A stretch of 57,102 nucleotides of DNA, the filler included, from Sphacelaria rigidula (taxonomy: Eukaryota), in NCBI GenBank assembly GCA_964200075.2. It is 6 parts of 6 records of this genome, joined end to end, with 100 filler letters (N's around TTAATTAATTAA, not from the genome) between each part and the next. Parts side by side here need not be neighbours in the genome. Positions count along the whole stretch, not along the records: positions 28,604 to 38,036 come from CAXNAA020008510.1; positions 38,137 to 47,569 come from CAXNAA020008511.1; positions 47,670 to 57,102 come from CAXNAA020008512.1; 3 more parts are not named here. One strand, given 5' to 3'. The notes beneath the pieces were generated by a model that was not told where the DNA came from, searched no databases, and was given only the letters and a program-made list of their open reading frames with translations. Position numbers and translations under genes: made by a program. This document shows, piece by piece, positions 37,324 through 49,249 of the stretch. Within the stretch, counting starts at the first letter, position 1. Each line of letters begins with the position of its first letter.

Positions 37324-38666
37324 GTGCGAGGAAAAGTGCCGGTCGAACCGTGCTGCATCTATTTGTAAACTTGTGTGTGTGGTCTGAAAAGGAACGTTGT
37401 TCGCAGCGTCCAGTGCTGAGAACTGGCACCACGTCATCGACCAGTCCGGGAAAACTGGTATTCCATGGCTCTGAAAAGATACCCTTGGGTTAGCTGTCGT
37501 CTGAGACGACAAAAACAAAAATGCTTGGTCAAGTGCAAGTTGGATTCTCTTTTCGGTTTTACGGAGAAGTTCACTCACCTAGTCAGTAGAAGTCAGTTGG
37601 TGGTCACCTTTACCATTTTTCAGATATCGAGGCTGTCTCATACGGCACCGCGCTGTCTTGTACATCAATCTTCACCTGGAGACAGCGACATGATGTCATC
37701 GGTCAGTTTGAGTTGAGTGGCGGGTTCGAATGCCGACAGTTATTTAGCATTTGGTTTTCGACGTGAATAGCATGAGAACGTACGCGAATTGAAAAAGAAA
37801 AGAACATTCGATGGCATTCGAAGGGCTGTGGCAGTCATGATCCAATGGTCAACGGTGAACTGTAAGGCAGGTGCTGGGGGCGACATGGGGTTAATCCCTC
37901 GAGACGACAAACTCATCCCGAGCAGGGAGGGAGGGGAGGGCGGGGGGGGGGCGGGGGGGGGCGGTGAACTGCGACGGAAACGGGTGAAAAATATATGAGA
38001 GAGGAGTGCGGTTCCTTATGCCCCGCTTTCCTGCCGNNNNNNNNNNNNNNNNNNNNNNNNNNNNNNNNNNNNNNNNNNNNTTAATTAATTAANNNNNNNN
38101 NNNNNNNNNNNNNNNNNNNNNNNNNNNNNNNNNNNNATGGCGTGGCGAACATGGCGGTATCGAAGTATAATGCAGCATAGCTGTGCAGTGGTATGTCGCG
38201 CGATGAGAGAGGGTGCAGCATCACGTTACTGTCCACTTGTACTACTCCACTTAACTGTGGCTTTGTTGTGGTGGCTCCGATTTCGAGTGTAAAAGCGTGA
38301 CCCACGCCACCACGGTTGGGGTGCCCTGTGTTTTGTGCATCCGGTGCTCGCGCGAGCCTCAAGTTTATCTCGAAAGTTCATCCGCTCAGGGGTACGCGCG
38401 GAGAAATTCGGTAAACGACCTGATATGTATTTCTTCTGTTCGTGCATCAATCAGATGGAACAGTAAACATAAACACTCTGCATGACTGTAGTGTGAGGAA
38501 CGGGTAAATGACCGTTGCTTCCGTGGCACGGGCTTGCCCTACCCTAAAGCAGAAGGGGAGTTTGTTATTTCTGTTTTTTCGCTCGAGAGAACCGTGCGCT
38601 TGTTTGTCTGTCGTGCTGTGTGTTGTGCCGTGTTGGGCTCTACAAATGACCATCTTTCTTGCGCAG

Positions 38667-38715
38667 GTCATGAATCTGCGGTGTCGCATGTGCAGTGTAG
38701 CAGTGCGTATCTTTG
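38667..38715 (+). CDS. Possible micro-exon, WD40-like
   Basis: Polypyrimidine tract plus GCAG acceptor and GTAAGT donor; reads GHESAVSHVQCSSAYLW. No confident partner exon. Confidence 0.3.
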
Positions 38716-38864
38716 GTAAGTCCTCACATGAACAGAAGTCCTCACATGAACAGAAGTCCCACATATGAAAAGCTTGCGTACAACAGTAGTAACGAAGTGG
38801 TCCTATTTTTCGCATGGCACGGGTGTGTTTTTTCTGCTCTACCCCCCGTCGCCCCCACGGGGCT

Positions 38865-39420
38865 GGTGGGTTGCAAGAACGTGTGAAAATGTCGTCCGGG
38901 GGCAAGGATAAACCACAACAGCCATGGCGTGTCTATTATAATGTTCATACCGCAGTCCCAGTACCGTACATATGAAAATACTGTACTGCACTGACTCTCT
39001 GTCCGCTCCCTCGGGGAAACGCTTCAACTCTCCTCTGAAATAGATGTCAGCAAGCTGATTAAGTGAGCTGTGTATGCGGCAATTTTCTACCCTTCTTGTG
39101 CTACAGTTTTGTCATACAGATGGTAGAGGTACTGCACACGCTGTGCACGTGCTGTAGTTTTGGCTTGCACATGAAGCAGGAGGCATGGAGGGGCTGGTGG
39201 ATGCAAAAACATGTGAAAGTGTCGTCCGGGGGCGAGGATAAGCTACAACAGTCATGGCGTGTCTATTATACTGTTCATACCGCAGTCACACTACCGTACA
39301 TATGAAAATACTTCACCGACTCTTTGTCCGCTCGCTCCCTCGGGGGAACGCTTCAATTCTCCTCTGGAAAGGATGTCAGCAAGCTGCTTAAGTTCGCTTT
39401 GTAGGCGGCAATTTGCTACA
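38865..39420. repeat. Two diverged direct copies of a ~230-bp repeat (38865-39110 and 39192-39420)
   Basis: Shared GTGTGAAA-TGTCGTCCGGGGGC...CATGGCGTGTCTATTATA...CGCTTCAA-TCTCCTCTG. Confidence 0.85.
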
Positions 39421-39569
39421 GTTTTGTTCGCCATACAGATAGTAGAGGAACTGTACGCGCTCTCGTCCTTGAGTTCTCTCGCCATACCACTGATCATCCA
39501 CTCCTGCAAGGGAGCTACCGTACCCTGATCATCCGATCCCGTGAAAGGAGGTAATACACTGTACATACT

Positions 39570-39918
39570 GTGCTCTATAGTATAGTGCTACTCTTTTACA
39601 GTGCATTTGATAAAAATAAAACTGTGCCGTTTACATGGGGCAATCCTTCGTCTCTCAGTAAAACGCCGGATTGCTGTGTGCAGTACGTCGTATCGGTGCT
39701 GTGCAGACGTCAATTCCATGGAAGCAGCTAATACACATTCTGTACTACTGTACAGTATAGTGCTACTCTTGTACAGTACATTTGATGAAGAAAACCTCTG
39801 CGGTTCATGCGGGGGAATGCTTCCTCTCTCAGTAAAACACTGGATTGTTGTGCACTGGTGTATTTCGTCGTTACGGTGCTGTACAGAAGACGGAGTTTTC
39901 AAATTCCATGGCCATCTA
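39570..39918. repeat. Two-copy tandem repeat (~180-bp unit)
   Basis: AGTATAGTGCTACTCTT-TACAGT-CATTTGAT...TCTCTCAGTAAAAC...AATTCCATGG occurs twice. Confidence 0.8.
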
Positions 39919-40119
39919 TAAAACTTGACCATTCAGGAGTGAAGGATTTTTCGACCTGGTTCTGCGGGACGATAGAGAAGGGTGACAATTGTGTCCTCTT
40001 CAGTCTGAGTCTGGTACAAACTACTGTTCCGAAAAGGATCATTTGTGTCTTGGCTACAGTATGGGTAAAACGGACACCCTAGCACTGGTTGGCAGTGTGG
40101 GAGCCAGCGACATTACGCT

Positions 40120-40196
40120 ATTAATAAATAAGATAATAATAATTATAATTATAATTATAATTATAATAATAAATAATAATAAATAATAATAATAAA
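40120..40196. repeat. (TAA/TTA)n simple repeat, possible retroposon tail
   Basis: Directly visible. Confidence 0.9.
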
Positions 40197-40427
40197 ATGT
40201 CCCATGTTTGGTATTTCTAATACGTTCACTTTCCTCTTTCGTGTTGTTCCCCCGTTTATTTATTTTCTCTGGGTCATGCATATCTCCCCTGTTCTTATTT
40301 CATTCTCTTCGTATGTTGTTCTTGCAGTTTTTCTCATGATAGCGTGTCTTGGGTGTTTTCCCGCCTCATATATGCGGTCACTGTAATGGTTTTAATTTCG
40401 GAGAGGGAGCAAGCAACCTCCGGAGGA

Positions 40428-40469
<42 letters not shown>

Positions 40470-40603
40470 CCCAACACACCAACAAAACTGACTCTTTGCG
40501 TGTGTTGGTTTGTGGTGTTGTTGNNNNNNNNNNGCGGATCTCTGATTGCTCGTGGTGTTTTTTTTTTTGCGCGGCACGAGGCCAGAACACCCGGACGGGT
40601 CCC

Positions 40604-40634
<31 letters not shown>

Positions 40635-41262
40635 AAAGGATACTGACGATGAAGTGTAGTTCTGGGCTTGGATTGTTGGAATGTTGGAATGTTCTTTTTT
40701 TCGACCGTGGGTTCGAATATGACGGCTTCCGTGAGGAGGGGATATGGGTGAAGTGCGGATTTGAATCACCCAAACGAATTAGCCACGTACCGGGAGGCAG
40801 TTGATGCAACGTATTAACCGCACAACCCGAGAGCATCCAACGAACATGGCATGATTCAACATCGTGTATGCTGGTGACAATTCCTGTCAGACCCCGCAAC
40901 GACTCCGGGGTTCGGCATGTCAAGCAAGACGTTACAATGTACCGTCTGTGATCGATGAAGAGACGAGCAGACTCATCGGCGCGATTGACGATTGAGGCCA
41001 AACCACATGGACCAAACAGTCAGCGGTACCACCTGGGCCGCTTGTGCACGGAGCAATGATCCATCCGTATGATGTCCGGCCGTTGCATGTGCCGAACGCC
41101 CCCTCCCCCCCCTCCCCGAATGCTACGGGAACGCTGGGATCGCTTCCCATGGGCGCGATTTTTCACCCTGCAAGGAAAGACTTCCCAGTCTCCGTCGCGA
41201 TGCACTTTGTCTCGTTGTGCCCGCGATCTCGAAACATCGCGGTTCAGACGAATCAGAGTTAA

Positions 41263-42295
41263 CCCCTTCGGGACCGGGCCTCGAGAACGACCAATGAGAC
41301 TGGTTAGGAATGACGTGTCTGGCGTCTGCACGAAACAATGGCTTCATGTTGCTGAACACCCGCGTATGTAACCGCAGGGTCATGAGCAAGACCGAAAGTG
41401 TCATCCAAACTATTTTCAGGTGCAGGGTGCGCATTAGGTAATGTAGATCTGATGTGGCGAGCAGTATGTGTCGCCGTAGAGAGCTTTCAACAGGATGCGG
41501 CGACCGGCGGGCCGCCCGCCACATGTCGCTTTGGGTGATATTATTGTCCCCGATCACCTTGCTACACAGCCCTTTGTGGTCGGGGCGGGCCGCCATTTCC
41601 CTCTTTGTTGCATGCGGCAGATTCTCTTCGAAGGTTATGGGCGTGCGGCGCACATAATACAGTACGGTACAATGCAGTACGCCTCTCCGACTGCAGCAGC
41701 AGCTGCCGCTGCATGCTCTCTTTCACGTTCTGGGCAGTTCGCAGCTACCGAGATCAACTGCCTATATACTGCTTCTTCATCCCCGTCCACTAGATACATG
41801 TTAGCTACACACTGCAAGTCATCAGCAGAGGGATGGGCAGAATTCATGACGATAGCTCCTTTGTCTCACCACCGCCCACCTGGGTTAAGTGACTCGTGAA
41901 AATGACCACATCGTGGCATATACACTCCTTCCCGGTTTTCCCCCCTGCATCCTGTGTTGGTGTGATTACTACGTTTTAGTATAGGCTGGCGACCCCTCAA
42001 AACTCTCGGAATATCCCGGGAACGCTGTTTAGAATGCAAGTAATATAAAAAGCCATGTCCCGAGCATCCGGTGTTGGCATACCTGTGAAGACTTATCTGG
42101 GCCAGGGATAGGACCCTCACATGATCTTTGCAGTGAAATCACACGCTCGGTAATAGTCCCCGCGCTGGTCGTTCGGGTCTGGTTGATAAATTTCGCCTCG
42201 CCGTGATTGGGTAGGTCGCTCCCTGACTTATTTTTTTTATTATTTCACTAACATTTGGTCAATCCCGTGTGAGTGGGGGATTGGTCTCAAAAGGG
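41263..42295. mobile_element. Non-autonomous piggyBac-like element (~1030 bp)
   Basis: TTAA|CCCCTTCGGGACC...GGTCTCAAAAGGG|TTAA (imperfect TIRs). Confidence 0.72.
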
Positions 42296-42429
42296 TTAAT
42301 ATGGGTTGACTCCTCATCACTTTTGAATGCGAATCATGTACCAAGAGTCATCCGGTATGATTTATGGACAGCAAAGTTATACGTCCAAGATCGTACCGCA
42401 CGAATAACGAAGTGGGAATGTGCAGAGTC

Positions 42430-44088
42430 CACACCCTGGACAATACAATATGTTTCCAAAATATTTTAGTTGATCATACTGGAATTTTGCGATATATTGC
42501 CGGCGTAATATATATTGGTACCCTTAGACTGCAAACGTATTGCACGCCCAATATATATATTGATGTCGTGGGACTGGATACACATTGCCGGCCCAATATA
42601 TATATTGGTACTGTGGGGTTGAACACATATTGTCCCATCAATATATATTGGGGCAGCGTGGGCGACAACAGATCGCACGACCAATATATATTAGGGTCGC
42701 ATTGATGAAAACATATTGACCGGTCAGTATATGTTGGGTCTGCGTGGGTGCAAATGTATTGGTCGGTCAATATATGTTGGATATTGTAATTATGGTGTAC
42801 GCTTTAAAAAAGGCCCGGACGCGATAGATGCCGGAGCCCGTGCAGATTGGGAAAAGCTTCAAAGGGAGCCGCAGAAGTTCGCGTGCATTACTACGAAGAG
42901 TTGTCGAATGCGTTCGACATGTATACATATATATATATACTGGTCAGAAAATATGGTGACAGAAGAGACGACCCGGTATGTATGCCTTCTGATACCTATC
43001 TGGCCACCGGTGCGGGGCCGCCCATCCCCTTCCCAGCATGTACTTAATATATCTTGGCTGAACATTACGATGACAGAAAACGCAGGTCGATATGCGCCTT
43101 GTGGTACCCCTGCGGTCACGGGGGCTGTGTTGCTTATACCCTGGACAATACAAAATGTTCCAATATAATACCAATACTTTGTATTGGAGCCAGCTCAAAT
43201 ATTGTCCTTGATATATTGTGTTGAGATGTCCTCGGAGACATTGAAGCAACAATATATATTGCTCGTGCCATGATCATGGAGTAATGTATGGCAATAAATA
43301 TTGGATGTGCGTTTGCTCCGGGAATAAAACATTCAATATATATTGTGCATGCCGGCCGTGTATGTATTGAAGTGTCAATATATTTTGAGTCGAAGCGATG
43401 CGTAGGATATTGTTACCATAATATATATATTGGACGCAAACCATGCAAAAGTATTGTTTTCCCAATATATATTGCGCACGCTTATGGCATAACTATTGTG
43501 CAGCCAATATATATTGAACACTCTTGCGCAGGAATATATTGAGCGTTTTCGGCATGTGACGATACATCTTTCAATGGCGCCCGCGAACATAGAACTGCCC
43601 ACCATACTAATCCCAATACAATTTCCAATCTACATGTTGAAAATCGATATATACTGCTACACCAGTATGTATTGTGACCGTCGGCCCCCTCGTGTATTGT
43701 CCGCCCAATATATGTTGGACGCACTGACGCCCAACATATTGGGGCGGCAATATATATTGGCGCTTCGGGTTTTGGGTATATTGAATCATCAATATATATA
43801 TATATATATTGACCTCGTGTGGCAGCCAGTATATTACTCGACAAATATATATTCGTGCCCTCTCGCACCAACAGAGTACTCGGCCAATATATATTGAGGT
43901 GGCGCGTGTCGTGATATATTGTTCGGTCGATATATATTGCACGTCGCGAGCCTTGACATATTGATGACACAATATATATTGACCCTCTCTCGTGCCATCA
44001 TATTGCTCGTCCAATATATTTTGACCACCCGACGCGTCGACATATTGAGCGGGCAATATGTATTACATATTGTATTGTCTAGGGTGTG
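42430..44088. mobile_element. TIR element (CACTA/CMC-like) filled with a ~42-bp-period motif array
   Basis: TIRs CACACCCTRGACAATACAATATGT with flanks GTC/GTA; an extra left-end copy at ~43139; about 25 units of YATATTG-N6-CAATATATATTG-N17. Confidence 0.75.
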
Positions 44089-44109
44089 GTAGACTCCAAG
44101 TAGTGTCAC

Positions 44110-45930
44110 ACGAATCAAGAGTGCAAAATATTCACGTGCACAAATCCTACATGAATCGTTGGTGGGAAACGTGTACACTTGATTCATCTCGTATGAATCG
44201 AAGGTGGGGAACATGTAGGTATGATTTATGCTGCATATATGGATGGACATTGGGAAACATGCACGCTTGATTCACCTCTTACGCATGGGAAGCGGAGCAT
44301 ATGAACGTATGATCCATGTTGCATGGATGGAAATTGGGAAACAAGTACGCTTGATTCACTTCGTATGAATGAAGGGTGAGGAGAGTGTACCTACGATTCA
44401 TGCTGCATGAACGGAAAGGGAGACATATGTACGCTTGATTCACCTCGAGTGAAAAGAAAGTGGGGAATATGTACATATGATTTGTGCTGCATGCACGAAA
44501 GGGGAGACACATACACGCTTGATATACGTCAAATGCATGGAAGGTAGCGAACATGTACCTGTGATTCGTGCTGCAAAGATGCAACGTGGAATGCACGTGC
44601 ATGTGACTCATGCTGAATGAAAGGGGACAAAGACAGTATGTACCTGTGATTCATGCCTATGAATCCAAGGTTCCGTACTACTGTTGTCCGCTGTCCGCTG
44701 TCCGCTGTCCGCTGTACAGATTGTATATCACCAAACTGTGCTGTACTGTACTGTACCGTCCGCTGACTGCAGGGGGTGCTGCCGGAGTGTTTCCGAAAAC
44801 TCACGTGAACATGAGGGGACGACTCTTCCTGTACTGGTGCTGTCTGAAGCTGTCTTCGTACTGTTTTATGTATTCAGGCCAACCGTGACGCAGAACAAGA
44901 CATGAAATCGCAACAAGGCCGTCAATAATTGACCCTCAGACCGCGGTGCGGGTAGTCCATCTGGATCACGCACACTTTTTTCAAGTGGAATTAATGCCGA
45001 TCCAGCAAGTGGCCTACCCTCGCGGTCGAAGGGTTGAGCTCGAGAGTGAAAAACTGCCAAAAGAGTTGCTGTAGTCACGTAGATGCGTGCTGTACTATAG
45101 TTTACTGTGCACACTCTAGTGTACGCTGCAGGAGTTTCACCGAAAACTCCTGCAAACATGCGGGAAAAACTCGTGCTGGTGCTGTCTTCTTCGCAGGTTT
45201 TTGTTGTATAGTATACGGCATGTTAAGGTCAACTGCACCACGGAAGGAAACATGAAACACGAAGACTGTCAATAGCATAGCACGGGAAAATCATCGGGAA
45301 GAAGAATCCCTTTGGGCACGCAGACGCGTGTGTTGTACTGTGTTTGATGTGTTGCGTTACGAGCGAATACAAAAGTTGAAATTGGGATTGTTGCGGATTT
45401 GGCTCTGAACGGGTTGGCGATCTGCACAGGCTTTTTTTACCAACCCCACCTGCGAAAAGGCCGCGCCACGTGAGAGTCGCGCCCCATGAAATGGCAGCGG
45501 GGGAACATATTATCATAATTCGTGTCATGAATAGAAGGTGAGGAACATTATTTGTATGATATATGCTGCATAAATGAATGGTGAGGAACAGGTACACTTG
45601 ATACATTTCATATTAATCGAAGGTGGGGAACATGTACGCATGATTCATGCTGCATGAATGGATATTGGGGACATGTACGCTTGATTCACCTCGTATGACA
45701 CGAAGATGGGGAACATGTGCGTATGATTCATGCTGCATGGATGGAAGGGTTGAAACACTCACCTGTGACTCATGGCGTATGAGTGGAAGGTGGGGAATGC
45801 GTGCTTATGATTTATGCTGAATTAATGCAAACTAGAAAATATGCGCCCATTATTCATACCATACGAATTGAAGGTGAGAAACATGTACCTATGATTCGTC
45901 TCATACGAATTGAAGGTAGGATGCGTGTAC
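44110..45930. repeat. 42-bp minisatellite with 84-bp dimeric structure (blocks 44110-44666 and 45515-45930, interrupted by other DNA)
   Basis: GATTCA-type anchors at 44311, 44353, 44395, 44437, 44479, 44521 and 44563; ATGATTCATGCTGCATG and CTTGATTCACCTCGTATG variants alternate. Confidence 0.88.
44933..45033. mobile_element. 101-bp piggyBac-like micro-MITE; copies at 50062-50163 (inverted) and 51161-51261
   Basis: TTGA|CCCTCAGACCGCG...CGCGGTCGAAGGG|TTGA; three homologous copies. Confidence 0.8.
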
Positions 45931-46330
45931 ATTCGACGGCGTACCGCACGAATCACGAACCCAAAACACGAGAACTTGTTCACGGGTCGTATGATTACTT
46001 CGTACAAATCTGAACGTGAGTTGAATCACGATTTTTCCCGTCTGAACCGTGAAAGACGTTGAAATCGCGGTATCTGCGGAGACGCGTTCATTGCACTGCA
46101 ATCACGCAAACTTGAATGTTTGAACGTTGTAGTATGTGTGATTTGCCAATAAACGAGATGCTTCTTTTACTTCTTGACCGCTTGAGGTCAAGCAAGATTA
46201 GTCCATTCCTCAATAATCGATAGCATTTTTCGTCTCTCATGAGAGGGTCTGACGATTTCTACTCGGGTCCATGCCCCCTGCGCTTCCCCCTCTTTTACGC
46301 CTCCGCACACCCTCGATCACGCGTAATCAG

Positions 46331-46620
46331 GTTGCACTCCACCGGAGAATCTGATAGGATGGTTGCCCAAGGACGCTCAGCGCGCCGATATACTCCTGCT
46401 CGGCTGCAGCGACGCCCGCCACGTGCTGTACACACTCTGGGCGTATGCCTCCGAGTGCGCCGAGATCGCTTCGGCCGGAAGCAACGGAGCGGGGTTGGGG
46501 TCCCTGCCACGTCCTGGCTCTCTACGCGTACTCCGTTTCACACTAAACGACCGGGAACCAGCTTGCATGGCGCGCGTCTTGCTGCTGCTGCAGATGTTTT
46601 TGGACTCGAAAGAAACGTTG
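46331..46620 (+). CDS. DUF4470-domain protein (DNAAF3/MYND-associated family), exon
   Basis: CAG acceptor and TTG|GTGAGA donor; (G)CTPPENL...DILLLGCSDARHVLYTL...FTLNDREPACMARVLLLL matches the DUF4470 pattern. Confidence 0.85.
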
Positions 46621-46999
46621 GTGAGAAAAATGGAGGGGGGGTGTACTCATGATCTTGCATGCCGTAGTCATACGACAGTTAGGAGGGGCGAGCGAGCGAG
46701 CGTGCCTAAACGCGCTCAATCGCGGACCCGTGCTGCGCGGATTGCATCGCTTGTCGGACGAGACGTTTGGTCGTAATAGTCATGACCGTTTTTCTGCAAA
46801 TTTGGGCAGATTTTTGGGATCGTTGGCCCAGCATCAGCTGTTGTACCTCCTACGGGTGAACATCAGGGACCGTTACACCCAACGACATTCCTCAGCCTTG
46901 TCGCATTGAGTATTCGTAATATATGCAATCACCTTCCTCCTCGCCCAGTACTTATTCGCACGGACTTGAATTTCGCACCGACGGAAAATCGTACCACAG

Positions 47000-47122
47000 G
47001 TTGCTGCGTGCAATACGGCAGCTTCGCCTCAGCAGCTGGCCGCTTACGCTGCCCGCATTGGGGTGTGTTTCAATGCCTACTACAACGTCTACGTGGATCA
47101 TGCCGTACTTGATGCCGTCCAG
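47000..47122 (+). CDS. DUF4470-domain protein, next exon
   Basis: CACAG acceptor phase 0; VAACNT...IGVCFNAYYNVYVDHAVLDAVQ (cf. the family's YYHxYxD motif); CAG|GTGCAG donor. Confidence 0.7.
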
Positions 47123-47729
47123 GTGCAGTATCTTGGAAGCACAGAAAGCACATGGGCTTTTTTCGCTTTTTGTTCCCCCTTGGTTGTGATGTCAATTCCG
47201 CCAGTTTACGCGCCGGTGCTTTGATCCATCTATGGCTTCACACGTGTTTGAAGTTCGGTTTCTTCGATGGTGGTGGTTGTTTGGTACAAGCGATAACGGT
47301 CCGACAACTACATGCGGCCAGGGTGACATTTCCGGCAGACGGGTGACAATTTTTAGGCATTGCGCTGCAGCGAGGTCTTGCATCACTCTTTTGTCGGAGT
47401 TCTTAAACCAACGGAGGATCATTGAGTCCCGCCAGTCTGCTCGCTTGTGGTGTGACGACCTCCTGTCAGGCAACTCCTTATCAGGGGTAGGAATAGATGC
47501 ACGTACTAGTCGGTGCTATCGGAAGTCTGGGTTGGGAGGGGGGGGGGGGGGGGGGCGGGAAAGGGGGGGNNNNNNNNNNNNNNNNNNNNNNNNNNNNNNN
47601 NNNNNNNNNNNNNTTAATTAATTAANNNNNNNNNNNNNNNNNNNNNNNNNNNNNNNNNNNNNNNNNNNNGGGGGGGGGTATAGCGCAGTTTCAAATAGTA
47701 CTTCTCCCTCGTGCGGTGATATGCGACAG

Positions 47730-47822
47730 TTGGCTCGGAGGTTCTCTCCCATTATGGAGCTTATGACGAGCTTGATGCCATCTTGCAGCACTACCAGCGT
47801 GCTTTTGCTGGGCATGCCGGGT
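47730..47822 (+). CDS. Candidate exon of an unidentified gene
   Basis: GACAG acceptor and GTGCGT donor; GSEVLSHYGAYDELDAILQHYQRAFAGHAG. No homology recognised. Confidence 0.35.
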
Positions 47823-48104
47823 GTGCGTATGCCCGTGCGGCGCAACGATCTATCGTAATTCAACCGCATTTTGTGAAACGAAATGTCTCCAGAGACGCTG
47901 TCACGCATGACACGAGACGTACCCGGTACTCAATGCAGTACAATAACATCATCGACAAAACTGCGCCAATCACGCACCGGCGGTGCCGTGTGTTACCAGG
48001 TGAATCTGCAGTTCACAGTGATATGCTCAAGTCGCGCTGGTTTGGGAAACTTGAGAAGTTGTAGTGCGGAGAGAGAATGTGGGATTTACTGTCGACCCAG
48101 CTCG

Positions 48105-49249
48105 TAGAGTTCGGCATTGGGTACTGGGTCGAAAACATGTTGCCCCCGATACGCAACAGATATATATATTTCCTAAGCGTGTTTTTCGGGCCCTAACTTG
48201 AGGCGTTTTTGGCCAACCTTATGCGAGAATATATCCCCAAAATTACCTAATCTATCCGCAAATTCTCGCATAGATATTCCAGATATGATATTCATTGCCC
48301 AAATATACCCGATATACCCAATATATGTGGCATATGGACGCGGATATAACGCGATATGTCTTCTTCAATGCCAGAATCAGCCTTATTGTGTTGTCTACAC
48401 ACTCCAGATCCTTGGCGCGCCTGAATTAGTGGTGTTGCCGCACCACACCCGTCCGCAGAAAAAACAAACTACACACTACACACTACACAACATACACCAT
48501 ACACCACACATGTGCGATGAGCAACTCCCGTTCGACACCTCCAGCCAACAGCACTGCATCTGGACAGCAAAGCAATGTCCTTTGCGGTGTGGAGAGTCGA
48601 GATGACTGGATGTGTGACAATATGTTTGCAGCGAGTTGCCAGGTGGTGGGGGGTTAGACTTGCTAGTCGGGATGGCAGCACGGAGACACTGGGAGGGTTG
48701 CAAGGAGATGCATGGATTTGAATCGTGATTTGACAGGTTTCTTGGTTACCGTGAGAAAGACGACTATTTGGCGCGGTAGGCACCAACAAATATAAAACAG
48801 AAAAGCAAAAACCCCCAACAAAAACACCATCTACCGTAATTCGAAGGCGCGTGTCTTGTTTCTACTTGTTTGCTCTGCTTGTTAGCGTTTGAGCGTTTGG
48901 GCGCGTCGTCCCTCTAGCGCTGTCGTGCCTGCCTCTGTGTAGTATGCCTGGCATGTGCAGAAGTGTACCCAGGTCACTGATGAGACACGTAACTCGTCAC
49001 TCGTTACACACAGACACGAACAACACAAGTATACCACACCGTTAGACTGAATCTGTATAATCTGGACGAATCGTCCCTACATCCAGAGATATCTGGAGGG
49101 ATATCGGGGGCGATCTCGGATACGCATAGGATAGTCCAAATATCTGGATATGGCGTTTCTTGTGCGAGATTGCAGATATATGCGAGATGTTTTTCCCCAA
49201 CATATCTATATCCTATTGGGGCCATTTTCAGACCCAATATCGAACTCTA
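48105..49249. mobile_element. hAT-like non-autonomous element
   Basis: TIRs TAGAGTTCGRYATTGGGT, GATAT-rich subterminal regions and a CACAC tract like that of the hAT at 32368. No TSD seen. Confidence 0.6.

Noticed and set aside
40800..41100. Helitron Rep remnant (RRYNVPS)
   Set aside because: A single short motif with no further Rep or helicase motifs.
42495..44075. True CRISPR array
   Set aside because: Repeats are degenerate and AT-rich, spacers are only ~17 nt, the array is bounded by TIRs, the context is eukaryotic and no cas genes are present.
43482..44611. ORFs with 14-aa repeats (QYIL..., NHRYMFPTF...)
   Set aside because: A by-product of the 42-bp periodicity; 43- and 46-bp units shift the frame and no splice structure is evident.
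46331..47822. Joining the DUF4470 exons to the candidate exon at 47730
   Set aside because: An artificial linker separates them, so they are on unlinked pieces.
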